A stretch of DNA of 32,000 nt from Promethearchaeia archaeon (GCA_046497275.1 JAWOFX010000088.1:60001-92000); one strand, 5' to 3'. Shown: positions 6,985 through 17,119, counted from the first letter of the stretch. Numbers and translations are program-made. Notes: generated from the sequence alone by a model not told the origin.

Positions 6985-9900
6985 ATGTCTGGATTAGATG
7001 AAGGTCTTTTAGGACCAACAATCACGAAAAAGCGAGTTATTGCTCTTGCACTAGTCACTATCATAATGATCGCTGCATTCGCATACTCTGTAATGATTTA
7101 TAGCTGGTTATTTGGTTCACCCCGTAAAAGTCCAAATGAAAGATTAGAAGGTGCTCCAGAAGAGGATGCGTTATTAATTCTTCCTGAATCGGGGTACAAT
7201 TGGAGTGAATTAGCGGAAAATTTAGATCTCGATGATCCTGATTTACTCGATCAATTGAGAGATTTACATGATGGTAATATTGATTTATTAGATCTCTTAC
7301 AATATGCTGAATTAGCGGCTGCCTTGGCAGGATCCGATATTGAAGTATTTCGAGTATATAATATTCCATCCTATGAAGAAGTAAGTGAAAAATTATGGAA
7401 GTTTGAATGTTTTGATGAGTTTCTGGGTGATTCTTGGGAATGTAATGTACCTCTCCAAAATTATGATTTTTATTCATATAGTGATTATTACTCTAAACAT
7501 TCTGGATTAAATATTTATAATATTTCAATGCCTTTATCTCCCGGTTTAGGTTCAAACTCTTTTATGATTCCAAATTTGTTCCCGAATCCTTATATCATGG
7601 AAAATAGCATTAAAGTTCCAAATATAACTCCCGGATCAGAAGTTTTAAGAAAAAATGCTTTTAATTCCACTACATTAACTCTTGATTTTACATCTGAAAA
7701 TTCTGTTAATATGACATATGAATTATTTGGATTAACATTACCAACTAATACAGAAATTAATAATTCTGCCTTAGATGAGGATTATACTCCAGCAATCATA
7801 AGAGATAGATATCTTCAACTCCCTCCCGATATTTCTACTTATTTAGATTTTAATGTTCACCCAAATATTAATTTTCATTACAATAATTTAAGAACCATCA
7901 TAAATGATGAAGATACTTCTTTTGTTGTCGCTAATAAAATCAGAAATTATCTACAGGAAAACTTTAGTTTTGGATATAATGCTCTTGAAAATTCTCCCCC
8001 AGCTGATGGAGAGGATCTTGTGGAATGGTTCTGTTTTCATGAAGAGGGTATTTGGACTCACTTCGCTTCTGCCTTTTGCGTTTTCTGTAGGGCTTTTGGA
8101 GTTTCTTGCAGGTTTGTTGATGGATATAATTCCCGATATGCCGATACGGTAAACGATCCTATAATGGGAGATGGAATAGCTGTAAAATATAGAAATTTAT
8201 ACAATTGGGCGGAAGTTTACATACCAACTGATGTGTCTGGAAATGGCATATGGGTTCAAATGGATATGCTTTACGATTCTTTTGGAGGAGGTTCAGGAGT
8301 TGGACCAATATTAAATAATTATAATATAACTCTTTCCAGTAATTTTACATCTGGACCTCGAGGATCAATTGCGCAACTTAATGCAACCTTGAGTAGTTCA
8401 TATAATCTTTCTGTTTCTGATAAAAATATTCAATTTTATGATTATACTATGGATGAAATTTTAGGTTTTAGCACTACTGATTCAAACGGGTTAGCTACTT
8501 TCACATTTCCAATTGATGATAATCAAACTGTAGGACCACATATAATATATGCAAGCTATGGTGGCGCTGCTAATTTGACTTTTTATATCGTAGATGGTGA
8601 TATACAAGTCAATTTAACCTCAGTTAGCCCACCGCAAGTTAATATTTCCCAAGACCCATATACCACAATAAGTGGAACTGTAAGGGATCCAGTTAATGGA
8701 AAACCAGTGAAAAATGCAATTATGAATTTAATCTTATATCAAAAAGGTACAAATAATATTGTAAATCCTTCTTTCAGTCCTTCTTCAATAACAGCAAATG
8801 ATAATGGAGTATTTAGCCAAACTGTAAATATAGATTCTTCGGTTCCTTATGGACAGTATGAAGTAAGAGTAGATTTTAATGGAAGTTGGGCTAATCCTTT
8901 AAGTCCATCATTTCCTTTCACATATCCATTTATTAACAATTACAGCAACAGATTAGATTTAAACGTTACAAAAGAATTAACGTATTCATTGTGGTTTTAT
9001 ATTAATGATATCCCTGCTACTGATAATTCCAATCCCTTGGTATCTCGCTTTTCTACGATCGAACTGAAAGCGATTGTTTATAATGGAACAGGCGACTTAG
9101 CAAAAAATGAAATCATCGGATTTTATGATGGTTCTGGAACTTTAATTGGGCAAAATGTAAGTGATGAGAATGGAGTTGCAATTTATAATTATAATGTTGG
9201 CATTAATGTTCCAGCAGGTCCAAATCAAATTATTTCCCGAATTGGAACTATTTCTAATAGTTCATATTATATTTTAAATGCTCCAATAAATATCTATCCA
9301 ATAGATTGCCCAAATCCTAATAGTGTCAGTCGAAGTTCTCTAGATGATGAAGATTTCACTATTCAAGGTTATTTAGAGGACGATTATTCTAATCCAATAA
9401 GAAGTGCGATAATTTATATTAATTTATACGATCAGAGTGACTCAGATGTCACATCCCAATACCTTGAATATGTCAGTGGATCTTTTATAACGGATAATAA
9501 CGGCAACTTTTCTCTGCAGTTTGGAGTAGATAACATTACACCATTGAATAATTATACTCTTAATGTAAGCTTTTATGGACAATTTAATAATCCTTCTGTC
9601 AGTTTTGTTTCTTCTCAAACACAAGAATCTCCTTATGAATTAGAAGTCATTGATCCATATCAAATTGATATTTATTTTACAATCGATGGAACTCCAACAA
9701 AATTATTCTATAATGATGGAAATCCGCCTAAACGATATAATCTTGGTGAAAATATAAATTTTGGAGTTGAAATATATCAAGGTGGCAGTCCTGTTGATAA
9801 TGACACAGTATATTTCTATGATTATGATGTTAGTAATGATATTCCGTTTCATACATATGAGTTTAATGGATTTGAGACACCATTAGGGTATTACAATTTT

Positions 9901-10719
9901 TCTGTGAATACAGGAAGCTGGAATGCAGGATTACATGAAATTAGAGTAACTTATGGTAATTATGGTGTATATAATTTTACTTACGTACTTATTAATAAAT
10001 CTATTTCAATCAATACAAATTTGGATTCTCCAAGCGATTATACTATTCAAAGACTTTCAGAAAGCTTAACTATTTCTGGGAACGTTTATGATTTTGATAG
10101 TCTCGATCATTTACGAGGTCTAGGAATAGGATTATATCTATTCGATATTAATGGTCAAGATTATTCAGATGATTTGAATTTTGCATCTGGATATTCTCAA
10201 AATATGACTTTAGATCAAGATGGTACATTTCAGTTTGTTATTAATTCTGTAAATGAAATTCCGATAGGAGAATATAATTTAAGAGTTGATTTCAATGGAA
10301 CGGTAATAGAATCCGCAATATATTTGTCTGATTATCTTGTTCATTCTTCAAGCTCTCCAATAAATATAAATATTACAGCAGGAGTTCAGATTGATGGTAA
10401 TTATGATACTGTTTATGATAAAGATCAATTTTATTACAACGATACAATGTATGTCTATGGATATTTAAATTGGGATAATCTTACAGTTATGAATAATTAT
10501 GAGGTAAATATAACGATACTTGATGCTTTAGACAATATATTGGAAACCAAAATTGCTACTACTGATCCAAGTGGATTTTTCAATACATCATTTACAGTTA
10601 AAAATTGGGATGAGGATACTACAAAAGTGATAGTCAATTTTTTACCCGAAGATAATTTTGACTTTCCTGACTATTATTATGTTGAGGCAAAATCTCAACA
10701 AGTTTTTAGAGAGATTTGA
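6985..10719 (+). CDS. Membrane-anchored surface protein with a transglutaminase-like domain (apparently inactive) and tandem Ig-like beta-sandwich repeats
   Basis: N-terminal TM (VIALALVTIIMIAAFAYSVMIYSWLF); TGase-fold signature GIWTHFASAFCVFCRAFGVSCRFVDGY...YNWAEVYIP...WVQMD; repeated TDxNG and RVDFNG motifs; many N-x-S/T sequons. Confidence 0.8.
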   Translation: MSGLDEGLLGPTITKKRVIALALVTIIMIAAFAYSVMIYSWLFGSPRKSPNERLEGAPEEDALLILPESGYNWSELAENLDLDDPDLLDQLRDLHDGNIDLLDLLQYAELAAALAGSDIEVFRVYNIPSYEEVSEKLWKFECFDEFLGDSWECNVPLQNYDFYSYSDYYSKHSGLNIYNISMPLSPGLGSNSFMIPNLFPNPYIMENSIKVPNITPGSEVLRKNAFNSTTLTLDFTSENSVNMTYELFGLTLPTNTEINNSALDEDYTPAIIRDRYLQLPPDISTYLDFNVHPNINFHYNNLRTIINDEDTSFVVANKIRNYLQENFSFGYNALENSPPADGEDLVEWFCFHEEGIWTHFASAFCVFCRAFGVSCRFVDGYNSRYADTVNDPIMGDGIAVKYRNLYNWAEVYIPTDVSGNGIWVQMDMLYDSFGGGSGVGPILNNYNITLSSNFTSGPRGSIAQLNATLSSSYNLSVSDKNIQFYDYTMDEILGFSTTDSNGLATFTFPIDDNQTVGPHIIYASYGGAANLTFYIVDGDIQVNLTSVSPPQVNISQDPYTTISGTVRDPVNGKPVKNAIMNLILYQKGTNNIVNPSFSPSSITANDNGVFSQTVNIDSSVPYGQYEVRVDFNGSWANPLSPSFPFTYPFINNYSNRLDLNVTKELTYSLWFYINDIPATDNSNPLVSRFSTIELKAIVYNGTGDLAKNEIIGFYDGSGTLIGQNVSDENGVAIYNYNVGINVPAGPNQIISRIGTISNSSYYILNAPINIYPIDCPNPNSVSRSSLDDEDFTIQGYLEDDYSNPIRSAIIYINLYDQSDSDVTSQYLEYVSGSFITDNNGNFSLQFGVDNITPLNNYTLNVSFYGQFNNPSVSFVSSQTQESPYELEVIDPYQIDIYFTIDGTPTKLFYNDGNPPKRYNLGENINFGVEIYQGGSPVDNDTVYFYDYDVSNDIPFHTYEFNGFETPLGYYNFSVNTGSWNAGLHEIRVTYGNYGVYNFTYVLINKSISINTNLDSPSDYTIQRLSESLTISGNVYDFDSLDHLRGLGIGLYLFDINGQDYSDDLNFASGYSQNMTLDQDGTFQFVINSVNEIPIGEYNLRVDFNGTVIESAIYLSDYLVHSSSSPININITAGVQIDGNYDTVYDKDQFYYNDTMYVYGYLNWDNLTVMNNYEVNITILDALDNILETKIATTDPSGFFNTSFTVKNWDEDTTKVIVNFLPEDNFDFPDYYYVEAKSQQVFREI

Positions 10720-10754
10720 GAAAGTGAAGAAAAAACATATAAATCAAAAATATT

Positions 10755-12359
10755 ATGAATCGAGAATTATTATTTGGGAAAAATAGGAATTATAGTACAT
10801 CCATATTTCTTTTTTTCATCCTTTTTGTAATTTTATTTAATTCAATTTCTATATTTGTTTTTGATGGAATTAAGAGTTCTGAAAATAAAGATCAATATAT
10901 TAAACAATCAGCTTGGACTTGGGCAACTTTAGATTTAACAAATCCAGAAGATATCAATAATTCCCGCTTTTCACATTTTTCAAATATTAGTATTGAAGGC
11001 AGACTTTACAATAAAATAACTGAAGATAATAAATCTGGTGAGATAATTGTCATTGAAGTTGATGGGAATATAGATACGAGATATTCTAGTGTTACAAATA
11101 TAAATGGTATTTTTCAAATTAATTACACGATAGATCCCTCTCTTGATGTCTATTCACCTCATATAATAAAAGCAAAGGTCCAGGATTTAGAAACTGATCC
11201 CCCTGGAGGGGAAGTTGAATATGATGATTTTTACCGGATAAATGTAAACGCTACATCTTATCTTGATGTTACATTTTCCAATAAACCATATCTTCCTGAT
11301 GAAGAATTTGATTTAATTGGATATTTGAGATATAATAATGAAAATGGAAATGGAATTCCAGGTGAATCGATTACTTATTACTGGACCAATGGAACTTATG
11401 ATTGGATACCTGGTAATTTTTTAACTAATGCGGCAGATGGATCAATTTCCGAAGTCATAAGTTTACCTATCAACCCTCAATCAATCCATTTATTTTTAAA
11501 TCTAAGTTATCCCGGTGATCTCCCAAATATAAAATCATCCCAGATAGTAATTGGTCCATTTGATATATTTTACAACATTTCATGTACTTGGAATATGTTA
11601 AACGAAACCTCTGAGGGTGGAGATTATACGATTAGAGGACAAATCTGGGAAAAAGGTAATCCTAGCCGTAAAATTTACAATAGGCAAGTGAATTTATATT
11701 ATGAAGGAGAAGGTCTAATAGGAAGTGCAACTACAGATGCCAACGGAAATTTTTCTTTCATTTATTCAATTCCCCCGGGTACAGGAAATAAATCCATCAG
11801 AATTCAATTAGTAAACACTGCAGGTTTGTTTTTGACCAATGAAACGCGGATATTAATCACGGCTGGAGTCCCAATCCTCCCTCCTGGCTTTAATATTAGA
11901 CCTTTCCAATGGTTTTTTATAATAGGTCTTCCGATTATTATCGGAATAATTGCTGCACTTGGAATTTACGGATATTTCTATTATAAAAAAGAAATATCTG
12001 CCTCGCGGCTAGTTAATATCCCACTTGAGGGAAAGATTAGAAATCTAAAAATATTAAAGGATTCCGGAAGAATAGAAGAGGCACTTTCATATCTATTTAA
12101 TGCGATTTATGTTGAATTAGTTGGAGCAAAATACGGAAGAAAAAGAAAATTTAATGAAACAATCCGTGATTTTGCTATAATTTCTGTGCAAGATTTTAAA
12201 TTAGATCCCGCTAAAATATATCCTTTCATTCAAAAAATAGAACAAATAATTTATGCTCAACCCTTCAAAGTCACAGAAGAAGAATTTTATAAAACAATTG
12301 AGCTATTCTCGCCCGTATATTATCAATTAACGGGATACAAGTTTATTCTTAATTTTTAA
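10755..12359 (+). CDS. Membrane protein with extracellular Ig-like repeats, a TM helix and a cytoplasmic DUF4129-like domain
   Basis: N-terminal hydrophobic segment; TNING and TTDANGNF repeats; TM FQWFFIIGLPIIIGIIAALGIYGYFYY followed by KK; C-terminal ETIRDFA...IEQIIYA motif. Confidence 0.7.
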   Translation: MNRELLFGKNRNYSTSIFLFFILFVILFNSISIFVFDGIKSSENKDQYIKQSAWTWATLDLTNPEDINNSRFSHFSNISIEGRLYNKITEDNKSGEIIVIEVDGNIDTRYSSVTNINGIFQINYTIDPSLDVYSPHIIKAKVQDLETDPPGGEVEYDDFYRINVNATSYLDVTFSNKPYLPDEEFDLIGYLRYNNENGNGIPGESITYYWTNGTYDWIPGNFLTNAADGSISEVISLPINPQSIHLFLNLSYPGDLPNIKSSQIVIGPFDIFYNISCTWNMLNETSEGGDYTIRGQIWEKGNPSRKIYNRQVNLYYEGEGLIGSATTDANGNFSFIYSIPPGTGNKSIRIQLVNTAGLFLTNETRILITAGVPILPPGFNIRPFQWFFIIGLPIIIGIIAALGIYGYFYYKKEISASRLVNIPLEGKIRNLKILKDSGRIEEALSYLFNAIYVELVGAKYGRKRKFNETIRDFAIISVQDFKLDPAKIYPFIQKIEQIIYAQPFKVTEEEFYKTIELFSPVYYQLTGYKFILNF

Positions 12360-12490
12360 TATAAAGGATTATCATAATGCAAAACAAATAAAATTAAAAT
12401 AAGTTATTAAAAAAATAGATTACTACAAAGAAATTTAAATTTAAAAAAAATTATAAAATAAAAAAATAAAAAAAACTAATGTGAAAAAAA

Positions 12491-12862
12491 ATGGGTCTTT
12501 TCAGTAAAGATGTAAAACCACAATTCATAGATGTTGAACGCAAAAAAGAAAATCTTCGAATATTAATGAAAACCGAAAGATCTAAGGAAGCAATTGCCTA
12601 CATATATCTTATCTATAATGATCTTATTAAGAATAAATATGAAAAACCTCGATTGGCTTATCAGACCATACGTGAGTATGCAATCGTAGCTGTAAATGAG
12701 TTAGGACAAAAACCCGAAACCATTTATCCCTTTATAAAAAAAATTGAAGATATAATATATGGGGGGGTTGAACCTACTAAAAAAGAATTTGAATTTACAT
12801 TAAATATGTTTTCAAACCTTTATAATGAGATTACAGGCAAAAACTTTGGTTTCAATATTTAG
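12491..12862 (+). CDS. Stand-alone soluble DUF4129-like protein, paralog of the upstream gene's C-terminal domain
   Basis: QTIREYAI...IYPFIKKIEDIIYGG aligns with ETIRDFAI...IYPFIQKIEQIIYAQ in 10755-12359. Confidence 0.72.
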   Translation: MGLFSKDVKPQFIDVERKKENLRILMKTERSKEAIAYIYLIYNDLIKNKYEKPRLAYQTIREYAIVAVNELGQKPETIYPFIKKIEDIIYGGVEPTKKEFEFTLNMFSNLYNEITGKNFGFNI

Positions 12863-12911
12863 AGAAGATTTTTTAAATATTTCATATAGATTTAAAGGAA
12901 AAAAATAAAAA

Positions 12912-14657
12912 ATGGCAAGTATTGAGAGTTCTACAAGAAAGAGTGTAAAGATTTCCAAGGGAATTTTATATATCTTCTTTACAGTTTACTTAATCGTTAT
13001 AGGAGTATATTTAACAGGATTTATCGAATCCTATCAATCTACTAATCCCGGAGAATTGCCCGTTTTTACTAATTATGTTCCTTTAGCTTGTTATTTGGGA
13101 GCAGCAGTTGTTGGAATTAGTTTTATTATTTTTATTCGCAATATAACAGCTCAAAAAACACGGGAACTGAAGTCTAAACGAAAATCACAAATCTCCCTTT
13201 TTAAACAAGCACTATTCATTATCATTTTTATATTTGCTTTTATCCCATTATTCTCTCCTATAATTGATCAAGGTGTAAATAATCATAATTTTTCAGTATA
13301 TAATTCTGGGTGGAATGGTTCCTCAGATTTCAGACAAACGATGATTGATGAGGGTTATGATGTGATGTCAATCCAATCAAGTTTAAGTGCTACAGAGAGA
13401 CTTGATAAGTCTATATGCTTAGTTTTATTGGGACCAAATCAATTTTATAATCCCCTTTTTGAAATTCCGTTTTTTGTTGATTTTTTTAATGGAGATAATG
13501 CGATCTTAATTTGTCACGATCATGGTTCAACTAGAGAATTATTATGGCAAATTCTCCTCTCAAGTTTACTTAGTCCTAATGCTACTGAAATGATCCCAGT
13601 CACATTATTTGCGACTGGTTATCTAAGGGATAATGCATCTTATCTTACTAATCCAAAATTTCCAATAATCACTCAATTTGAACCTCACCCCACTACTAAT
13701 GGTATTGATGATGTTATTCTTTCTACAGCAACAAGCGCAGCGGGAGGTCCCCTTGTAGATATTTTTGGATGGAATGTAATTGCTCGTGGTTCACCTTACA
13801 GTTTTGTAGACAGAAATGATGACGGTAGATTTAACTCTTCAGACGATTATTTAGATCTTTCTTTTATGGCAGCTGCATTACCCATCCCAGAGGAATATCT
13901 CAAATTACCACTCGGCGGAGATGAATTTACCCCTATCACTTTTATGACAAAAGATACGGGAAGTGCTCGTGTATTTGTGTCTTCAGATGCAAGTATGTGG
14001 AATAATGAACTAATCAATCTTCCCGGATATGATAATAAACAATTTGCAATTAATGTAATAGATTGGTTAACTCGTCAAGATGAAGGAGACCCTAAGGATA
14101 ATTGGATTGTAGCATTCGATGAAGCTCATATTCGTCCAGAACAATCGAGAGATTTAAGTTCTGCGGGAATTTATGGCTATATTATGCAGTATATTATTCA
14201 CTTAAGTACAAACCCAATAACTGCGTGGATTTATCCCTTGTTGGCAATTTATACTCTCAGACGTTATTTACCGGGAGGTAAAAAGAAAAAAGAGAAGAAA
14301 AAAATAGAAGAAGAAGAAAAAAAGGAAGAGAAGATGAGATTTCGCACCTCTTCTTTTTTCGCAAAAAAAATTGATTGGTATCGTGACAAAAGTCAATATA
14401 AAAAAGCTTTATTATTATTGAACCGTCGCTTAGAACGAAAGTTAAATGCCCAGTTAGGAGGGAAAAAAATAACAACAGATAATGTAGTTAATCTAGTACG
14501 ATCTAAAGAACCAAATATAAATAAAAGTAAACTTAAACGCATCTCCCGATTTATTGATAAAATAATATCCCTGAAATCAGGTAAGTTAAAAATTAAAGAA
14601 GAATCTGAATTCGAAGAATTTTTCTTTGAAATGGAATGGGTTGTTTCAAATATATAA
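12912..14657 (+). CDS. DUF4350-like (GATase-like fold) membrane protein
   Basis: Three N-terminal TM segments; FSVYNSGWNGSSDF, RVFVSSDASMWNN, DNKQFAINVIDWL and VAFDEAH motifs; C-terminal TM and a Lys/Glu-rich tail. Confidence 0.72.
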   Translation: MASIESSTRKSVKISKGILYIFFTVYLIVIGVYLTGFIESYQSTNPGELPVFTNYVPLACYLGAAVVGISFIIFIRNITAQKTRELKSKRKSQISLFKQALFIIIFIFAFIPLFSPIIDQGVNNHNFSVYNSGWNGSSDFRQTMIDEGYDVMSIQSSLSATERLDKSICLVLLGPNQFYNPLFEIPFFVDFFNGDNAILICHDHGSTRELLWQILLSSLLSPNATEMIPVTLFATGYLRDNASYLTNPKFPIITQFEPHPTTNGIDDVILSTATSAAGGPLVDIFGWNVIARGSPYSFVDRNDDGRFNSSDDYLDLSFMAAALPIPEEYLKLPLGGDEFTPITFMTKDTGSARVFVSSDASMWNNELINLPGYDNKQFAINVIDWLTRQDEGDPKDNWIVAFDEAHIRPEQSRDLSSAGIYGYIMQYIIHLSTNPITAWIYPLLAIYTLRRYLPGGKKKKEKKKIEEEEKKEEKMRFRTSSFFAKKIDWYRDKSQYKKALLLLNRRLERKLNAQLGGKKITTDNVVNLVRSKEPNINKSKLKRISRFIDKIISLKSGKLKIKEESEFEEFFFEMEWVVSNI

Positions 14658-14736
14658 TAATCATTTTAAAAAAATTTATAACAATTAATTACTATAATCA
14701 AAAAAAAGTAAAAAAAATAAAAAAGGTTTAAAAATT

Positions 14737-15717
14737 ATGACAGTACCGAGTAAAGGAGAGAAGTATGACCACCCAGAATTGGATGTCACCCCCATTCGTG
14801 AGATTGCTCAAGATGTATTATCGGAAGTAAGTAGAGTGATCGTTGGATATGGGGAAACATTACAGCAATTATTCATAGCTTTACTTGTAAATGGACATGT
14901 TCTTTTAGAAGGCGTTCCAGGTTTAGGAAAAACAGTGATGGCAAAAACTTTTGCTGAAACTCTTGGGATAAGTTTTAGAAGAGTTCAATTTACACCAGAT
15001 CTTTTACCCGCTGATATTACGGGAACTAAGATCTTTTCCCAAGAGAAAGGGAACTTTGTGCTTCAAAAAGGCCCACTATTCGCCAATTTAGTTCTTGCTG
15101 ATGAAATAAATAGAAGTGCGCCTAAAACTCAAGCCGCGCTTCTTGAAGCTATGGCTGAGCGCCAAATCACCATAGAAGGGGAAACATTAGCGCTTGAGAA
15201 ACCCTTTATCGTAATAGCTACTGAAAATCCTATTGAGATGGAAGGCACATATCCGCTTCCGGAAGCACAGGTTGATAGATTCTTATTCAAACTCTGGTTA
15301 GATTATCCAGAACAAGATGAAGAAGTTGAGATTATGCGGCGGCAATTATCTGGCGATTTACCGTCTGTACAACGAATTACGACTGGCTCTGAAATTTTAG
15401 CTGCCCAAAACTTAGTGAATCAAGTGTATATTGATGAGAGAATCCTTAAATATATCAGAGACCTTATTTTAAAGACCAGAAGTCATCCACAAGTACAAAT
15501 GGGGTGTGGTCCACGTGCATCTTTAGTCTTGATGAAATGCTCGAAAGCACGAGCGGCTATCCTTGGACGAACATATGTAACACCTGATGATGTGCGTGCA
15601 TTAACCGTTCCAGCCCTCAATCATAGACTTCTTTTAAAGCCGGAAGCTGAATTAGAAGGTCTTGATGTGAAAGCGGTTGTTAAGAATATACTTGAAGAAA
15701 TTCCAATTCCGATATAA
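14737..15717 (+). CDS. moxR: MoxR-family AAA+ ATPase
   Basis: Walker A GVPGLGKT, RVQFTPDLLPADITG, Walker B LADEINR, ATENPIEMEGTYPLPEAQVDRF. Confidence 0.97.
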   Translation: MTVPSKGEKYDHPELDVTPIREIAQDVLSEVSRVIVGYGETLQQLFIALLVNGHVLLEGVPGLGKTVMAKTFAETLGISFRRVQFTPDLLPADITGTKIFSQEKGNFVLQKGPLFANLVLADEINRSAPKTQAALLEAMAERQITIEGETLALEKPFIVIATENPIEMEGTYPLPEAQVDRFLFKLWLDYPEQDEEVEIMRRQLSGDLPSVQRITTGSEILAAQNLVNQVYIDERILKYIRDLILKTRSHPQVQMGCGPRASLVLMKCSKARAAILGRTYVTPDDVRALTVPALNHRLLLKPEAELEGLDVKAVVKNILEEIPIPI

Positions 15718-15770
15718 ATTGAGTATTTTTCTAGCGCTTGAATAAAGTGATATCACTATTAGAAAAGAAT

Positions 15771-15775
15771 GGAGG
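15771..15775 (+). promoter_or_regulatory. Shine-Dalgarno-like ribosome-binding site supporting the TTG start of the DUF58 gene
   Basis: GGAGG 10 nt upstream of TTG 15786. Confidence 0.55.
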
Positions 15776-15785
15776 AAAATAAAAC

Positions 15786-17114
15786 TTGTTAGGTGGTAAA
15801 GGAAGAAGTTTAGTTATATTTAGCGTCTTTTTCCTTACAGCAGGATTTGCTTTTGTAAATTATTTCCTTGTATTTTTTGGAATAATTTTATTATTTAGTA
15901 CAGTTGTGAGTCTTCCTCTTTTCTATTACCAAATGAACATTGAGGAATTGAAAGTTTCTCGAGAATTAGAAAAAGAGAAAGTCTTCAAAGATGATTTCGT
16001 TCATATTAAAGTAATTGTAGAAAATCGAGGCAAGAATAGTTTTGATTTTCTTGAAATTCGTGATTCTTATAATCCTGAATTGTTTAGGCTTATTTTGGGA
16101 GAAAATTTCATAAGTACACGGATAGGTCCTAAAGAAATTATCAAGTTTTCCTATATTTTAGAACCAAAAGTACGAGGAACATATCCGATTGGTCCTTTAA
16201 GTGTGACAGTAAAAGATAGACTTGGATTTAATTCTGAAGAAAGGATAGTTCCAGAGAGTGTAACTGATATTTTGATTTATCCTCCTTATGAAGATATAAA
16301 AAGAATTGAGATATTAGGTTCAAAACGTTCTCTTCAGCTAAACTATGGTATTCAAAGATCCAAACAAAAAGGATTGGGATCTGAGTTTTATGGAATGAGA
16401 AAATATGTGTTTGGAGATCAATTTCGATTAATCGATTGGAAAGCGAGTGCACGAACTCAAAAACTCATTGTCCGAGAATTTGAATCAGAACGAGATATAA
16501 CCGTGATGATATTGGTTGATTCTTCGAATTCTATGGCAGGTGGCGCAATTGACAACACAAAATTCGAATATTCCATTAGAGCGTGTATGTTATTAACTAA
16601 AATTGCTCTTACACGCCGAGATAGTGTAGGTGTGTATACATTTTCAGATAAAAAGAACCTCCGCTTTTTAAAACCTGGAAGCGGTGATGATCATTTCTAT
16701 CGCATTTTGGATTTTGTTGCGAGAGTAAAACCAGAAGGAAAATGTAAGATGGTAGAAGCACTTGATTATTTCAATCGGAGGTTTCAAAAAAGAAGTTTAA
16801 TTTTTCTAATTTCAGATTTGGAATCAGATATTAAAGAGATCCGACAGGCATTGAAGAAATTGGTTCCATTTGATCACTCTGTGATTATTATTAATCCATT
16901 CTCTCCATGGTTTGAGATTCATGAAGTTGACTTATCAACAACAGATAAAGCATTAGCAGAAGCAATCGCAGAGGAGATGATGGAGCACATATTAAAAATC
17001 AGACAAGAAGTACGTAATATGGGTATGAATGTTATCACAGTTGGCCCGGATGATATGATGAATCAAGTAATCGCTAATTATCTTGAAGCTAAGAAAAAGG
17101 GTAAAGCCTATTGA
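15786..17114 (+). CDS. DUF58 / vWA-domain protein (MoxR partner) with an N-terminal TM hairpin
   Basis: GSEFYGMRKYVFGDQFRLIDWKASAR...LIVREFE DUF58 core; MIDAS DxSxS (VDSSNS); two N-terminal hydrophobic helices. Confidence 0.92.
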   Translation: MLGGKGRSLVIFSVFFLTAGFAFVNYFLVFFGIILLFSTVVSLPLFYYQMNIEELKVSRELEKEKVFKDDFVHIKVIVENRGKNSFDFLEIRDSYNPELFRLILGENFISTRIGPKEIIKFSYILEPKVRGTYPIGPLSVTVKDRLGFNSEERIVPESVTDILIYPPYEDIKRIEILGSKRSLQLNYGIQRSKQKGLGSEFYGMRKYVFGDQFRLIDWKASARTQKLIVREFESERDITVMILVDSSNSMAGGAIDNTKFEYSIRACMLLTKIALTRRDSVGVYTFSDKKNLRFLKPGSGDDHFYRILDFVARVKPEGKCKMVEALDYFNRRFQKRSLIFLISDLESDIKEIRQALKKLVPFDHSVIIINPFSPWFEIHEVDLSTTDKALAEAIAEEMMEHILKIRQEVRNMGMNVITVGPDDMMNQVIANYLEAKKKGKAY

Positions 17115-17119
17115 GGTGA
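17113..17119 (+). promoter_or_regulatory. Shine-Dalgarno site overlapping the DUF58 stop codon
   Basis: GAGGTGA 7 nt upstream of ATG 17127, consistent with translational coupling. Confidence 0.6.

Noticed and set aside
10717-10758. Possible readthrough or frameshift joining the 1244-aa and 534-aa genes
   Set aside because: The frames differ, a second in-frame TGA follows, and the downstream gene has its own N-terminal hydrophobic segment.
14737-15717. Higher GC in moxR as a sign of horizontal transfer
   Set aside because: Spot counts of 40-50% GC are explainable by amino-acid composition of a conserved ATPase; I could not compute codon statistics.
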